A DNA stretch of 64,000 nt, from positions 1 to 64,000 of the forward strand of contig CAWKHF010000013.1 of NCBI GenBank assembly GCA_963849325.1, given 5' to 3'. The notes beneath the pieces were generated by a model. It ran no database searches, was not told the origin of the DNA, and worked only from the letters and a program-made list of their open reading frames with translations. Positions 31,525 through 42,142 of this stretch are shown one piece after another. The number at the start of each line of letters is the position of its first letter. Position 1 is the first letter of the stretch. The stretch is from an uncultured Planctomycetota bacterium. GTDB lineage: Bacteria; Planctomycetota; Planctomycetia; Gemmatales; Gemmataceae. The position numbers and the translations under genes are program-made.

Positions 31525-31727
31525 TTTGTGCAGGCGCGAGCTGGAAGGTTCTTCCGGCTCGCGCCTCGTCTCTCACCCCTCGACGGCGCGATGACGAGTT
31601 GCCTCCGCCTCGAGCGGTCGGCACCAGAGGAATTTGCAACGGTCCTGCCCGAGATCTCTAATCCTTCAGGCCGATGGCTTTCGCATGTTGGGGGATGCGG
31701 TTTGAGGCATCATTTGAGGAGAATACT

Positions 31728-33092
31728 ATGAGAAGTATAGTTGCTGTTTTGGGAGAGATGCTGCTGGCTTCCGCCATCTTGGCTGCCCCCGCCCCCCGGC
31801 CTTTCGGGTCGGATTGGGGCAAGCTTTCGGACCCGGACAAGAACTGTAAGTTCATTCGTGGCAGGGATTCGCTGACCATCGAGATGCCCGGAGCAGACCA
31901 CGACTTCGACCTCCGCCGTGATCGTCTCAACGCCCCCTGCCTCCTCCGCGAAATCGAAGGAGATTTCGTCATGCAGGTCCGGGTCCGGATTGATTGTCGC
32001 CCGTCGGCCGAATCGACCGTCACGGGACAGCCCCCGTCGGTGTCGGGCGGCTTCCTGATCGTCCTGCCCGCAAACGCCTGTATCCGGCTGGAGTACGGCG
32101 TCCGTTCGCAAGGGCCGGGGACGAAGGGCTACATAGCCCTGAAGGAGCGCGACGTGCTGGGTGGACAGATGAACTGCGTCGGGGACGAGCGTTGGAAAGG
32201 CTGGCCGTTGGGAGCCAAGGCTGAGAATGCCTACCTGCGGTTGGAACGGCGGGGCCACATACTCTACTTCTCCCTCGGCCCGGACGGCGAGAAGTGGACA
32301 TCGCTGACCGGCCATCTAACGAAGGAGATACCCGCAAAGCTCAAGATCGGCCTGGCCGCCTACTCGACCTTATCCGAGCCGTCCAAGGCCCGGTTTGATG
32401 AATTCAAACTCACCCAAGGAGAGAAAGCCGACCACGGCCCCCAACCTCTTGGGGAGGATTGGGATAAGCCTTTGGATCCGGACAAGGACTGTAAGTTCCT
32501 ACGCGATCGAGATTCCCTAACCATCGAGATGCCCGGCAGCGATCACGATTTTGACATCCGCCGCGGTCGTCTCAACGCCCCTCGCCTCCTCCGCGAAATC
32601 GAAGGGGATTTCGTCATGCGCGTCCGGGTCCGACTTGAGTGCAGCCCAACGTCCGAATCAACCATCGTAGGAGAGCCCACGTCGGCGTCGGGCGGCTTCC
32701 TGATCGTCCTGTCCGAGAACGCCTGCATCCGCCTGGAGTACGGTATCCGCCCGCGATGGGTCAAGGCGAAGGGTTACGCCGCTCTGATAGATTGCCAACC
32801 CCCGGCCCGGAAGGGGCAGATAGACGGCAAGTGGGACGAGCGTTGGAAACACTGGCCGTTGACGGCCAAGGCCGAGCATGCCTACCTGCGGCTGGAGCGA
32901 CGAGGTAAAGTGCTGTACCCTGCCATTAGTCCAGACGGCGATAAGTGGGAGCCCTTGATCGGCAGCTACTGGTATGAGGATCTGCCCGAGAAACTCAAGG
33001 TCGGTCTGGCCGCCTTCTCGACCTCAACCAAGCCATCCAAAGCCCGGTTTGATGAGTTCAAGCTCACCCAAGGAAAGAAGCAGGGGCGCTAA
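31728..33092 (+). CDS. Secreted protein with two tandem DUF1349-like (concanavalin-fold) domains
   Basis: Two highly similar halves, 'DPDKxCKF...LNAPxLLREIEGDF...YLRLERRG...KARFDEFKLTQG', at about 31811-32420 and 32456-33074. Confidence 0.7.
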   Translation: MRSIVAVLGEMLLASAILAAPAPRPFGSDWGKLSDPDKNCKFIRGRDSLTIEMPGADHDFDLRRDRLNAPCLLREIEGDFVMQVRVRIDCRPSAESTVTGQPPSVSGGFLIVLPANACIRLEYGVRSQGPGTKGYIALKERDVLGGQMNCVGDERWKGWPLGAKAENAYLRLERRGHILYFSLGPDGEKWTSLTGHLTKEIPAKLKIGLAAYSTLSEPSKARFDEFKLTQGEKADHGPQPLGEDWDKPLDPDKDCKFLRDRDSLTIEMPGSDHDFDIRRGRLNAPRLLREIEGDFVMRVRVRLECSPTSESTIVGEPTSASGGFLIVLSENACIRLEYGIRPRWVKAKGYAALIDCQPPARKGQIDGKWDERWKHWPLTAKAEHAYLRLERRGKVLYPAISPDGDKWEPLIGSYWYEDLPEKLKVGLAAFSTSTKPSKARFDEFKLTQGKKQGR

Positions 33093-33136
33093 CAGAGAAC
33101 CAACGCTCCTTCACCGCTATTTCACAAGCTTCACCC

Positions 33137-34468
33137 ATGCAGCGATCCATCCTGACGCGATTCATTTTCCCCGCCCTCCCTGGAGTCCTGCTGTGTTTGC
33201 TCGTGACTTTTACCCTAACCGCGTCTCAGGGGAGCGTCGAAGAGGCTTCCGGCAAAACCATCGACAAACTCGTCGCGGAACTCGGCAGCGACCGATTTGA
33301 GACTCGCGAGGCGGCAACGCGCGCGCTGAAGGAACGAGTGGAAGCGATCCCCGCGCTACGCAAAGCTCGGCGGTCGGCCGATCTCGAGGTTCGGCGTCGT
33401 GTGAAAGATATTTTGAAGGATCTGGAGCCAAGACGAGCGTTACAGAGCGTCCGCAAGGCCAAGGCACTCGGCCAAGCCGGGCGGGCCGTGGAGGCGGCCG
33501 ACCGACTTGCCTTCGCGGCAGAATGCGATGTCGCCGGAGACGAGGGCTGGGACGGCCTGTCGCAACTCGCCGATCGGGTGATTAAATGCGCAAATCCCCA
33601 ATTTTCATCCCGTTGCGGAATTTACCCCCATCAAGGATACCCCATAGGAGAATTTCGTCGCTACGCCAAGCTGAATAACCCCAAGGAGATCGCGGCACGT
33701 ACGGTCGAGATTGACCTGGGAGGCATTCCGAGTATGATTGCCCCGAAGGACGTAAAAGTGATAGCCTCGCGCGCTTTAATCGCCAATACAGGGGGCAGAC
33801 TTCTTCTCCGTGGCAAAAAAGTATCGTTCACAACGCACGGCAACCCCGAGTTTATGTGCGGCGGCATGATTGCATCCTCGGGGGACGTCCAAATCCATGG
33901 CGCGCATTGCAGCGTCATTGTCGCGGGAGGAAACATAAAAAATGCCACTAATCTGATAAACTGCGTCCTTATCTGTGATGGCGACGTGGAATTCTTGAGT
34001 AAAGGAGTGGCGATTAATACGTCGATCATCGTGGCGCGCGGGAAAGTCACCTGCAAAGGGGACGAAATCAGGAACTGCCTTATTCGCAGCGGCCACACGC
34101 TGCATTTGCCCAACTGGCCTCTCTCTCACGCAAAAACGATTGACCTAAACGACGGCACACCTAATCCGCTCGCCTTCGTGAAGTTTTTTGAACTCGCCGA
34201 CGTGGGACTCGCTGCCGAGGATCTCGTTCGTCGCGAGAATTCGGGGGCCGAGGGCGTGCGACTCCAGGCCGTGGGCAAGGAATCACCGTTCGCCGCCGGA
34301 TTGCACGCCGGCGATGTGATAACCGCGATCGAGGAGGAAAAGACGCCAACTACCGAAATCTTCCGCAGAGTTTTGCGGCGAAAGCTCGCCCAAGGCGGTC
34401 CCCTCCTCACCGTCACCGTGCGGCGTTCCGGGAAAACAATGGACGTGCCCCTCCCCGTGAAAGACTGA
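33137..34468 (+). CDS. Hypothetical secreted protein with N-terminal HEAT-like segment and C-terminal PDZ domain
   Basis: 'LGSDRFETREAATRAL'; 'SPFAAGLHAGDVITAI...VTVRR'. Confidence 0.6.
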   Translation: MQRSILTRFIFPALPGVLLCLLVTFTLTASQGSVEEASGKTIDKLVAELGSDRFETREAATRALKERVEAIPALRKARRSADLEVRRRVKDILKDLEPRRALQSVRKAKALGQAGRAVEAADRLAFAAECDVAGDEGWDGLSQLADRVIKCANPQFSSRCGIYPHQGYPIGEFRRYAKLNNPKEIAARTVEIDLGGIPSMIAPKDVKVIASRALIANTGGRLLLRGKKVSFTTHGNPEFMCGGMIASSGDVQIHGAHCSVIVAGGNIKNATNLINCVLICDGDVEFLSKGVAINTSIIVARGKVTCKGDEIRNCLIRSGHTLHLPNWPLSHAKTIDLNDGTPNPLAFVKFFELADVGLAAEDLVRRENSGAEGVRLQAVGKESPFAAGLHAGDVITAIEEEKTPTTEIFRRVLRRKLAQGGPLLTVTVRRSGKTMDVPLPVKD

Positions 34469-34474
34469 GAGCCA

Positions 34475-34537
34475 GGCGAACGGCCGGCGTCAGCCGGCTG
34501 GTGGGAGGAACCAGCCGGCTGACGCCGGCCGTTCGCC
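34475..34537. repeat. REP-like perfect palindrome
   Basis: GGCGAACGGCCGGCGTCAGCCGGCTGGT ... ACCAGCCGGCTGACGCCGGCCGTTCGCC. Confidence 0.8.
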
Positions 34538-34560
34538 ACGAAATCTAACCAGACACTCCC

Positions 34561-36510
34561 ATGCCTCCCAAGTCGTCGCGTTGTGTCATCCTCGTGCCGG
34601 TCGAGCGTGCCATCGACCCCGGCTGCGAGGACGGCCTGCGCGAACTGGAGCGACGCGGTTATCCCGTATGGCGCGTGCATGGCTACTCCGCCATCGACGC
34701 CGCGCGCAACCAGTTGGCCAACGACGCCCTCGCCCAGGGCTTCGACGAACTCATGTGGATCGACGCCGACATCGTTTTCGATCCCGACGACGTCGAGGAG
34801 CTGCGCCGGCACGACCTGCCGTTGGTGTGCGGACTCTACCCCAAGCAATCGTGCCGCCAATTCGCTTGCTCCTTCCTCCCTCCGACGCGCCAGGTCTTGC
34901 TCGGGACCAGGGGCGATCTGATCGAGATCCTCTACTGCGGCTTCGGCTTCGTCCTCACTCGCCGCGTGCTGTACGAGACCATGCAGCGGCAGCTGGAGCT
35001 GCCCACGTGCAACCAGCGTTTCCAGACGCCGCTGGTGCCGTACTTCACACCGCTGATCGCCGGCGAAGGCGAACAAGCGTGGCTGCTGAGCGAAGATTAT
35101 TCGTTCTGCGAACGCGCCCGCCGCTGCGGCTTTCGCGTCATGGCCGACACGACCCTGCGCCTGTGGCACGTCGGACCCTATCGCTACGGCTGGGAAGACG
35201 CCGGCCGCGACGCCGAACGCTTCACCGATTACACCTTTCACGTCAGCGATCCCGAGATGCCGGCCGCGCCAACTCAGGGGGCTGACGCCCCCCGCTCCGA
35301 GGACCGACCGACGCGAAACACCTTGCACGAGACCGTCGCAGCGCTGCCGGCTTCGTTTCCCCGCTTCCGCGCCTATTTCGTCAGCTACCCCGCCAATCAC
35401 GCAAGCCTGCAGAAAACCCTGGCCTCCTTTCGCGCCAGCGATTGGGGCGAGGAGCCGGTCGTCTTCATGCAGCCGGAGGACTGGCCGCTCGGCATGGCCT
35501 CCTCCTCACGCAATTACCAACGCGCCCTCGAACACGCCGCGGCGGACGGCTGTGACTTTGCCGTGCTCCTGGAAGACGACGTGCGCGTTAACCGTTATTT
35601 GCGTGCCAATCTGCGGGCCATCCCCCTGCTGCGCCGCGACCAGTGCGATTATTTCAGCTTGTTCATGCCCGATTTAATTGCCTCGCCGTGGGAGCGACAG
35701 GAAGAGCACCTGGGCTACCGCCTGGCCCGGCCGCTGTACCACGGTCCCGACCGCATCTGGACGAAATACCGTCTGTGGGGAGCGCAGGGATACGTGTTAT
35801 CGCGGCGCTTCATTCGGGAGGCGTTGGAACATTGGGATGGCTTGAAGGGAGGAAAAGACGGCCGCGTGCTTACGATCTGCCGGCGGCGTCAATTGCCGTT
35901 GTGGTATTCGGCCCCCTGCCTGGTGCAACATGCGCCGATGCGTTCGGTGTATGCGACGCCCTTCACCACCGCCGCCGATTTCCGCGAGGACTTCCGCTTT
36001 CACGTCGGTCCCGGTTTTCAGCCGCCCGAAGCGGTGCCGGGCGAATTGACCGTGGAGGAAGGCCGCTTGCTGTGGCAGTGGGCCGCGGGGCGATCCGTCC
36101 TGGAGTTGGGGACGGCGGCGGGACGGTCTACCGTATGCTTGGCTCAGCAAGCCAAGCGGGTCATGACGGTGGACGTGCCGGACCAGGCCGAAGCGCGGGA
36201 GTGGGCGCGGCGTTACGGCGTCGCGGAGCGGGTGGTGTTTCGCCAGGGGGAGGCGGAGGCGATCTGCCGCGGCTTGGCGGAGCGTTTCGACCTGGTGTTC
36301 GTGGACACCGAACCGGAGGCGATAAGCGTGCGGCGCGACCTCGAAGCGCTGTTGCCGTTACTGGCGCCGGGCGGCCTGGTGGCCTTCCACGATTACCCGG
36401 ACCCGAGCTGGCCGGACGTGCGGCGGATCGTGGACGAATACGCGGCCCGTCACCGATGGCGGCGCGTGGCCCAGGCGGATTATCTGGGAGTATTTCAAGT
36501 GGAGTCGTAA
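34561..36510 (+). CDS. Fusion of two glycosyltransferase-like (GT-A) domains and a class I SAM methyltransferase
   Basis: 'WIDADI'/'LSEDYSFC'; 'LLEDD'/'WGAQGYVLS'; 'VLELGTAAGRST', 'FDLVFVD', 'GGLVAFHDY'. Confidence 0.65.
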   Translation: MPPKSSRCVILVPVERAIDPGCEDGLRELERRGYPVWRVHGYSAIDAARNQLANDALAQGFDELMWIDADIVFDPDDVEELRRHDLPLVCGLYPKQSCRQFACSFLPPTRQVLLGTRGDLIEILYCGFGFVLTRRVLYETMQRQLELPTCNQRFQTPLVPYFTPLIAGEGEQAWLLSEDYSFCERARRCGFRVMADTTLRLWHVGPYRYGWEDAGRDAERFTDYTFHVSDPEMPAAPTQGADAPRSEDRPTRNTLHETVAALPASFPRFRAYFVSYPANHASLQKTLASFRASDWGEEPVVFMQPEDWPLGMASSSRNYQRALEHAAADGCDFAVLLEDDVRVNRYLRANLRAIPLLRRDQCDYFSLFMPDLIASPWERQEEHLGYRLARPLYHGPDRIWTKYRLWGAQGYVLSRRFIREALEHWDGLKGGKDGRVLTICRRRQLPLWYSAPCLVQHAPMRSVYATPFTTAADFREDFRFHVGPGFQPPEAVPGELTVEEGRLLWQWAAGRSVLELGTAAGRSTVCLAQQAKRVMTVDVPDQAEAREWARRYGVAERVVFRQGEAEAICRGLAERFDLVFVDTEPEAISVRRDLEALLPLLAPGGLVAFHDYPDPSWPDVRRIVDEYAARHRWRRVAQADYLGVFQVES

Positions 36511-36561
36511 GGTGGGCCTCGCAAGCTCGGCCCACCCTACAAACGGAAAGGAAGGGCCGCT

Positions 36562-37800
36562 ATGAACATTATGATTCTTGGGGGCGACGGTTTCTCCGGT
36601 TGGCCAACGTCCCTGCATTTGTCCCGTCGGGGACACGACATTCTTATCCTCGACAATCTATCCCGGCGCCGCATTGATAACGAATTGGGTGTGATGTCTC
36701 TGACGCCGATTCAGCCCTTGGAGACGCGCCTGAATGCGTGGCGTGAAGTCAGCGGCCGAACGATCGCTTTTCAGAACGTGGACGTGGCTCGCCACTATGA
36801 CCGCTTGCTTGAGCTTGTGCGGGAGTACCGGCCGCACGCCATCATCCATTTCGCGGAGCAGCGGGCGGCGCCCTATTCGATGAAGTCTTCCCACCACAAA
36901 CGTTACACAGTGGATAACAACATTAATGCCACTCATAACGTACTGGCGGCCATTGTCGAGAGCCGGCTCGACATTCATCTCGTCCACCTGGGCACGATGG
37001 GCGTATATGGTTACGGAACGACGGCGGGACGGATCCCCGAGGGGTATTTGCCGGTGAGCGTGGCAGCGGAGGATGGGACGCGCACAAACTTGGAAATCCT
37101 TCACCCCGCTTACCCGGGCAGCGTCTATCACATGACCAAGGCGCTCGATCAGTTGATGTTTCAGTTTTACAATGCCAATGACGGCGTTCGTATTACGGAC
37201 CTTCATCAAGGGATCATTTGGGGTACGCAGACGGAGGAAACGGCGCGGGACATCCGCCTGATCAATCGTTTCGATTATGATGGCGATTACGGCACGGTCC
37301 TGAACCGTTTTCTGATGCAAGCCGCCATTGGTCATCCTCTCACCGTGCATGGCAGCGGCGGGCAAAAGCGCGCTTTTATCCACATTCAAGATACCGTTCG
37401 TTGCCTGGAACTGGCGGTCCACAATCCCCCCGCCACGGGCGAGAAGGTGCGAATTCTCAATCAGATGACCGAGATCCACCGCGTCGGCGACCTGGCCCGA
37501 ATCGTCGCCGATCAAACCGGGGCGGAGGTTCGCTTTCTGGAAAACCCTCGCAAGGAGGCGGCCTCGAACGACCTCGATGTTTCCAACGCGACCTTGCTGC
37601 GTTTCGGTCTCCAACCGATCACCTTGAGCGATGGCCTGCTGCGGGAAATCACCGACATTGCTCGCGTCTATGCTGGCCGCTGTGACCGGAGCAAGATTCC
37701 GGCAACAGCGCGATGGACCCTGCCGGGAAAGTTCGGCCCGGTATCAACGGCGAAGGCCTGTGTCCCTGCCGAAACCCTTGTCCGAGCGCATCAAGAGTGA
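36562..37800 (+). CDS. sqdB: UDP-sulfoquinovose synthase
   Basis: 'GGDGFSGWPT', 'HFAEQRAAPYSMKS', 'HLGTMGVYG', 'YHMTK', 'RFDYDGDYGTVLNRF'. Confidence 0.9.
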   Translation: MNIMILGGDGFSGWPTSLHLSRRGHDILILDNLSRRRIDNELGVMSLTPIQPLETRLNAWREVSGRTIAFQNVDVARHYDRLLELVREYRPHAIIHFAEQRAAPYSMKSSHHKRYTVDNNINATHNVLAAIVESRLDIHLVHLGTMGVYGYGTTAGRIPEGYLPVSVAAEDGTRTNLEILHPAYPGSVYHMTKALDQLMFQFYNANDGVRITDLHQGIIWGTQTEETARDIRLINRFDYDGDYGTVLNRFLMQAAIGHPLTVHGSGGQKRAFIHIQDTVRCLELAVHNPPATGEKVRILNQMTEIHRVGDLARIVADQTGAEVRFLENPRKEAASNDLDVSNATLLRFGLQPITLSDGLLREITDIARVYAGRCDRSKIPATARWTLPGKFGPVSTAKACVPAETLVRAHQE

Positions 37801-37923
37801 CGCCCCAGCCGCTTGCTAGAGGCGTGCTCGCCCAACTTCATCCCTGCTGACGCTTTTCTCCCACTTTCCATCTCTTTCTATCGCCATCTTTCGCGTAATC
37901 TGAAATTTCTTGGAAGATCCTTC

Positions 37924-37953
37924 TTGACATTCGGTTGCCATCACCCGTAAATT
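37924..37953 (+). promoter_or_regulatory. Putative sigma70 promoter of the BMC operon
   Basis: TTGACA (37924-37929), 18-nt spacer, TAAATT (37948-37953), in an AT-rich intergenic region. Confidence 0.5.
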
Positions 37954-38006
37954 AGCATAAGGTGTAACAAATTGCCAGGATTCACTCATCGGAACAAGGC
38001 TGCGCC

Positions 38007-38786
38007 ATGCTGGTGGAGGAACGTCGTCAACGAGTGCTGGATCTGGTTAGTGAACGCGGGTTCATTGCGCTCACGGATCTGGCGCAGACGATCGACGTCT
38101 CCGAATCGACGCTGCGACGCGATCTCGATTACTGGCACAAGCAGGGGTTGCTGCGGCGGACGCACGGCGGAGCCATGTTCGTCGGCGACGCGGCGACGCT
38201 GCCGGCCCTGGAGGAGCGCTCGGCCAGCCAGCTCGACGAGAAGCGGACCATCGCCCGTGCCGCGGTCGCCCGCATCCAGGACGGCGAGACCATCCTGCTC
38301 GACGGCGGCACGACGACGCTGGAAGTCGCCCGGCTGCTGGTCGGCCGCTCGCTGCAGATCGTCACCAACAGTCTGCCCATCGCCAGCCTGTTCGCCTCCA
38401 GCCGCGAGACCGATCTGGTCATCCTCGGCGGCTACGTCTATCCCAAGACCGGCGTCGCCCTCGGGCCGCTGACGGTGCGCATGATGGAAGACATCCACGT
38501 CCATCAACTCGTCATGAGCGTCGGCGGCATCACCGGCAAGGGGCTGTTCAACAGCAACCTGCTGCTGGTCGAGACGGAACGGCAGATGATGCGCTGCGCC
38601 GACGAGGTGGTGGTCGTGGCCGACCACACCAAGATCGGCCGGCAGGCGCTGGCCTTTCTGTGCGACCTGGCCGCCATCGACACGCTGATCGTGGACGCCG
38701 ACCTGAGCCCGGCGCAGCGCGACATGCTCGATCAGACGGACGTCCGGCTGCTCGTGGCCGGCGAAACGGAGAACAACCACTCATGA
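38007..38786 (+). CDS. DeoR/GlpR-family regulator
   Basis: 'VSESTLRRDL', 'RTHGGA', 'LDGGTT', 'VADHTK'. Confidence 0.93.
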   Translation: MLVEERRQRVLDLVSERGFIALTDLAQTIDVSESTLRRDLDYWHKQGLLRRTHGGAMFVGDAATLPALEERSASQLDEKRTIARAAVARIQDGETILLDGGTTTLEVARLLVGRSLQIVTNSLPIASLFASSRETDLVILGGYVYPKTGVALGPLTVRMMEDIHVHQLVMSVGGITGKGLFNSNLLLVETERQMMRCADEVVVVADHTKIGRQALAFLCDLAAIDTLIVDADLSPAQRDMLDQTDVRLLVAGETENNHS

Positions 38787-39476
38787 GCACGGCGACCCTG
38801 GATCGTGCCCTGATCGAACGGCTGGTGCGTGCGGCCCTGGTGGAGCAGACCGGCAACGGTCACGCCGCCAACGGCAAGGCCGCCCCCGCGAGGCGGACGG
38901 CGCCGAAGCTGGTCGTCAACGTCTCGGCCCGGCACTGCCACGTCACGCAGGAAGACCTCGAACGCCTCTTCGGCAAGGGCCACAAGCTGACGCCGTACAA
39001 GGCGCTCTACCAGGATGGCTTCTTCGCCGCCGAGGAGACGGTGACGATGATCGGGCCGCGGCACCGCATGATTACGGGCCTGCGCATCCTCGGTCCGTGC
39101 CGCGATCACAGCCAGGTCGAGCTGGCCTTCACCGACGCCATCACGCTCGGCCTGGACATTCCCGTCCGCAAGAGCGGCGATCACCGCGATTCGCCCGGCG
39201 CCTACCTGCTCGGCCCGGCCGGCATGATCCAGCCTGGAGCGCGGCGTCATCCGCCACGAGCGCCACGTCCACATGGGGCCGGCGGACGCGGCCTACTACG
39301 GCGTCAAGGACGGCGATCGGCTCAACCTGCGGGTCGAGAGCGATTGCGCGGCGGTGCTGGAGGGATTGCTGGTGCGGCTGGCGCCGGCGTCGAAGCTGGA
39401 AGTGCATCTGGACACGGACGAGGGCAACGCCTGTCACGTGAGCCGGGCGACTCATTTTGAATTGTTCAAACCGTAG
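38783..39476 (+). CDS. pduL: PduL-type phosphate propanoyltransferase, frameshift near 39230
   Basis: 'VSARHCH', 'RILGPCR', 'RHVHM', 'HLDTDEGNA'. Confidence 0.85.
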
Positions 39477-39516
39477 CCGCTTGCGGCTTAGCGTGTCTTC
39501 GCTAACCGCAAGCGGC
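39474..39516. repeat. Short REP-like palindrome (half copies at 43571-43590 and about 62732-62748)
   Basis: TAGCCGCTTGCGGCTTAGCG-TGTCTT-CGCTAACCGCAAGCGGC. Confidence 0.65.
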
Positions 39517-39536
39517 CCTGAACCTGGAGACCCAAC

Positions 39537-39855
39537 ATGGCTAGTTCCCACATGGAAGCCCTTGGCATGATCGAGACCAAGGGACTGGTGCCGCTGGTCG
39601 AGGCCAGCGACGCCATGCTGAAGGCCGCCAACGTGACGTTGATCGGCTGGCAGAAGATCGGCAGCGGCATGGTGACGGCGCTGGTGGTCGGCGACGTGGC
39701 GGCGGTCAAGGCCGCCATCGACGCCGGCAGCCGCCGCGGCGGCGCGCGTCGGCGAGGTCGTCGGCGTGCAGGTCATTCCCCGTCCGCACGAAGACCTCGG
39801 CGCCGTCCTGCCGCTGGCCGGCAAGAAGGCGGCGGCCGCGCCCGCCGGTGTCTAA
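39537..39855 (+). CDS. BMC hexamer shell protein, frameshift near 39730
   Basis: '[10 protein letters not shown]', 'DAMLKAANV', 'GDVAAVKAA', 'VIPRPH'. Confidence 0.9.
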
Positions 39856-39891
39856 CCTCAAACCGAACACTCTTTTTCCGAGGAAATTCCT

Positions 39892-40194
39892 ATGGCGATC
39901 TCCAACAACGCCGGCCGCAACGGCAACGGCGAAGCCCTGGGCCTGATCGAGACCAAGGGCCTGATTGCGACCATCGCGGCCACCGATGCCATGTGCAAGG
40001 CGGCCAACATCACCCTGGCCGGCCAGGTGCAGATCGGCAACGCTTTCGTGACGACGTTCGTTCGCGGCGACGTCGGCTCGGTGCGTGCGGCCGTCGATGC
40101 CGGCGCCCAGGCCGCCAGCGCCAACGGCGAGCTGGTCAGCGCCCACGTCATCCCGCGTCCCGAGCGCGACGTGCTGGAGACGTTTTTGAAGTAA
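39892..40194 (+). CDS. BMC hexamer shell protein
   Basis: 'ALGLIETKG', '[11 protein letters not shown]', 'HVIPRP'. Confidence 0.93.
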   Translation: MAISNNAGRNGNGEALGLIETKGLIATIAATDAMCKAANITLAGQVQIGNAFVTTFVRGDVGSVRAAVDAGAQAASANGELVSAHVIPRPERDVLETFLK

Positions 40195-40311
40195 AGGCGT
40201 CCAGGCTCACGGGCCGGCCCGTGAGCCGTTCGCAATCCGTCGGCTTCTGAAACGAGGGAGCATGGCCATGGCGCGTGGTGACGATTTGCCGCCGAGCGGA
40301 CGACTCACGGG

Positions 40312-40507
40312 ATGGATGGCTTCTTCGCCAACACCCACATCGTCCTGCTCATCCTTTTCGAGCTTCTGTTGCAGCTACATCGGCCTCATCCTGGGGATTG
40401 TGGGTCTGGTCACCTGCAAGGACCCCAAGGCCAAGCAGAACGCGACCATTACGACGATCCTGTCCGCGGTCTTCGCCGTCCTGGGCACCGTCGGAATATT
40501 ACGCTGA
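40312..40507 (+). CDS. Small membrane protein, probable frameshift near 40360
   Basis: MDGFFANTHIVLLILF joined to FCCSYIGLILGIVGLVTCKDPKAKQNATITTILSAVFAVLGTVGILR. Confidence 0.5.
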
Positions 40508-40539
40508 GGCGGTAAGAAAGCCCGAGGAGAGGCTCCGTC

Positions 40540-41730
40540 GTGAAAATCCTGGTCGCTAACCTGGGCAGCACCAGCTTCAAGTATCGGCTGTTCGACATGG
40601 CCGACGAGCGGGTGCTGGCGCGCGGCGGCGTCGAGCGCATCGGCTCGCCGCAGTCGCGCTGCTTCGTCGAGGCCGGCGGCCAGCGCGAGGAGGCCGACGG
40701 TCGAGGCGCGCGACCACGCCGCGGCGGTGCGGCTCTGCCTGCAGCAGTTGGCCGATCCGAAACGGCGCTGTTTGCGAGATCCGTCGGAGCTGGCGGCCAT
40801 CGGCTTCAAGGCGGTCCACGCCCAGGGAGTCAGCGGCGTGCAGCGCGTCGACGAGCGCGTGCTGGCGGCGATGGAGGCGTACGCCGACGTCGCCCCGGCC
40901 CACAATCCGCCCTACGTCCCGGCCATGCGTCTGTTGGCGAAGGAGTTGCCGCAAATTCCGCTGGTGGCCGCGTTCGAGACGGGCTTTCACCAGACCATCC
41001 CGCCGGCCGAGCGCTCCTACGCCGTGCCGCTGGAGTGGGCCGAGAAGCACGGCATCCGCAAGCACGGCTTCCACGGCGCCAGCCATCGCTACATCGCCGG
41101 CCGCACAGCCCAGCTGCTTGAACAAGCCCGAGGCGAAGATCATCTCGTGTCACCTGGGCGGCAGCTCGTCGCTGTGCGCCATCCAGGACGGCCAATCGCG
41201 GGCCAGCAGCCTGGGCATGAGTCCGCAGAGCGGTCTGCCGCACAACAACCGCGTCGGCGACTTCGATCTGTTCGCCCTGCCCGCCCTGATGCGGGCCACC
41301 GGCAAGACGCTGGAGCAACTGCTCGACGATCTGGCCAATCGCTCCGGTCTGCTCGGGCTTAGTGGCGGCCGCAACGACCTGCGCGACATCGAGGCGGCGG
41401 CCGAGTCCGGCGATGCCGACGCCCGGCTGGCCCTCGACGTGTTCGTCGCCTCGGTGCGGCACTACCTGGGGGCGTATCTGCTGCTCCTGGACGGGGCCGA
41501 CGCCATCGTCTTCACCGGCGGCATCGGCGAGAACTCGTCGCGCATGCGTCAGGACGTGTCTGCGCCGACCTCGACTGGTTCGGCATTCGCCTGGATCGCC
41601 GGAAGAACGACAGCGGCCAAGGGCGAGATGGCGATTCATGCCGACGATAGCCGGGTGCAGATTGTGGATCATGCCGACCAACGAGGAGCTGGTCGTCGCC
41701 CGGCAGGCGAAGGCGCTGCTGGAGGGGTGA
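40540..41730 (+). CDS. ackA: Acetate/propionate kinase, multiply frameshifted
   Basis: 'NLGSTSFKY', 'APAHNP', 'GFHGASH', 'CHLGGSSS', 'FTGGIGENS', 'TNEELVVA'. Confidence 0.88.
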
Positions 41731-41733
41731 ATC

Positions 41734-42054
41734 ATGTTCCTGGCCCGAGTCACCGGCGTGGTGGTGGCGACGCAGAAGGTCGCCTCGATGACCGGCCACA
41801 AGCTGCTGACCGTCGAGCCGCTGCGCGTCGAGCCGCAGACCCGCGATCGCCTGGTCGGCACCGGCCGCAGCTTCGTCGTGGTCGATACGGTCGGCGCCGG
41901 CCAGGACGAAATGGTGCTGATCGTGCAGGGCTCCAGCGCCCGCCTGACGCCGGAGACCGAGAAACTGCCGGTGGACGCCACCATCATCGGCATCGTGGAC
42001 ACCGTCAACGTCGAGAACCGAACGATCTTCTCGGCAAAAATTAACCACGGATAA
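41734..42054 (+). CDS. EutN/CcmL BMC pentamer
   Basis: 'MFLARVTG', 'DTVGAG', 'GSSAR', '[11 protein letters not shown]'. Confidence 0.92.
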   Translation: MFLARVTGVVVATQKVASMTGHKLLTVEPLRVEPQTRDRLVGTGRSFVVVDTVGAGQDEMVLIVQGSSARLTPETEKLPVDATIIGIVDTVNVENRTIFSAKINHG

Positions 42055-42119
42055 CACGGATAACACGATAAAGAAATAAATATTCTTTTTTATCCGTGTT
42101 ATCCGTGTTATCCGTGGTT
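42043..42119. repeat. Inverted 9-mer tandem element, family B copy 2
   Basis: AACCACGGATAACACGGATAACACG ... ATCCGTGTTATCCGTGTTATCCGTGGTT. Confidence 0.85.
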
Positions 42120-42142
42120 CAATCTTCTTCGGGATGTAAACC

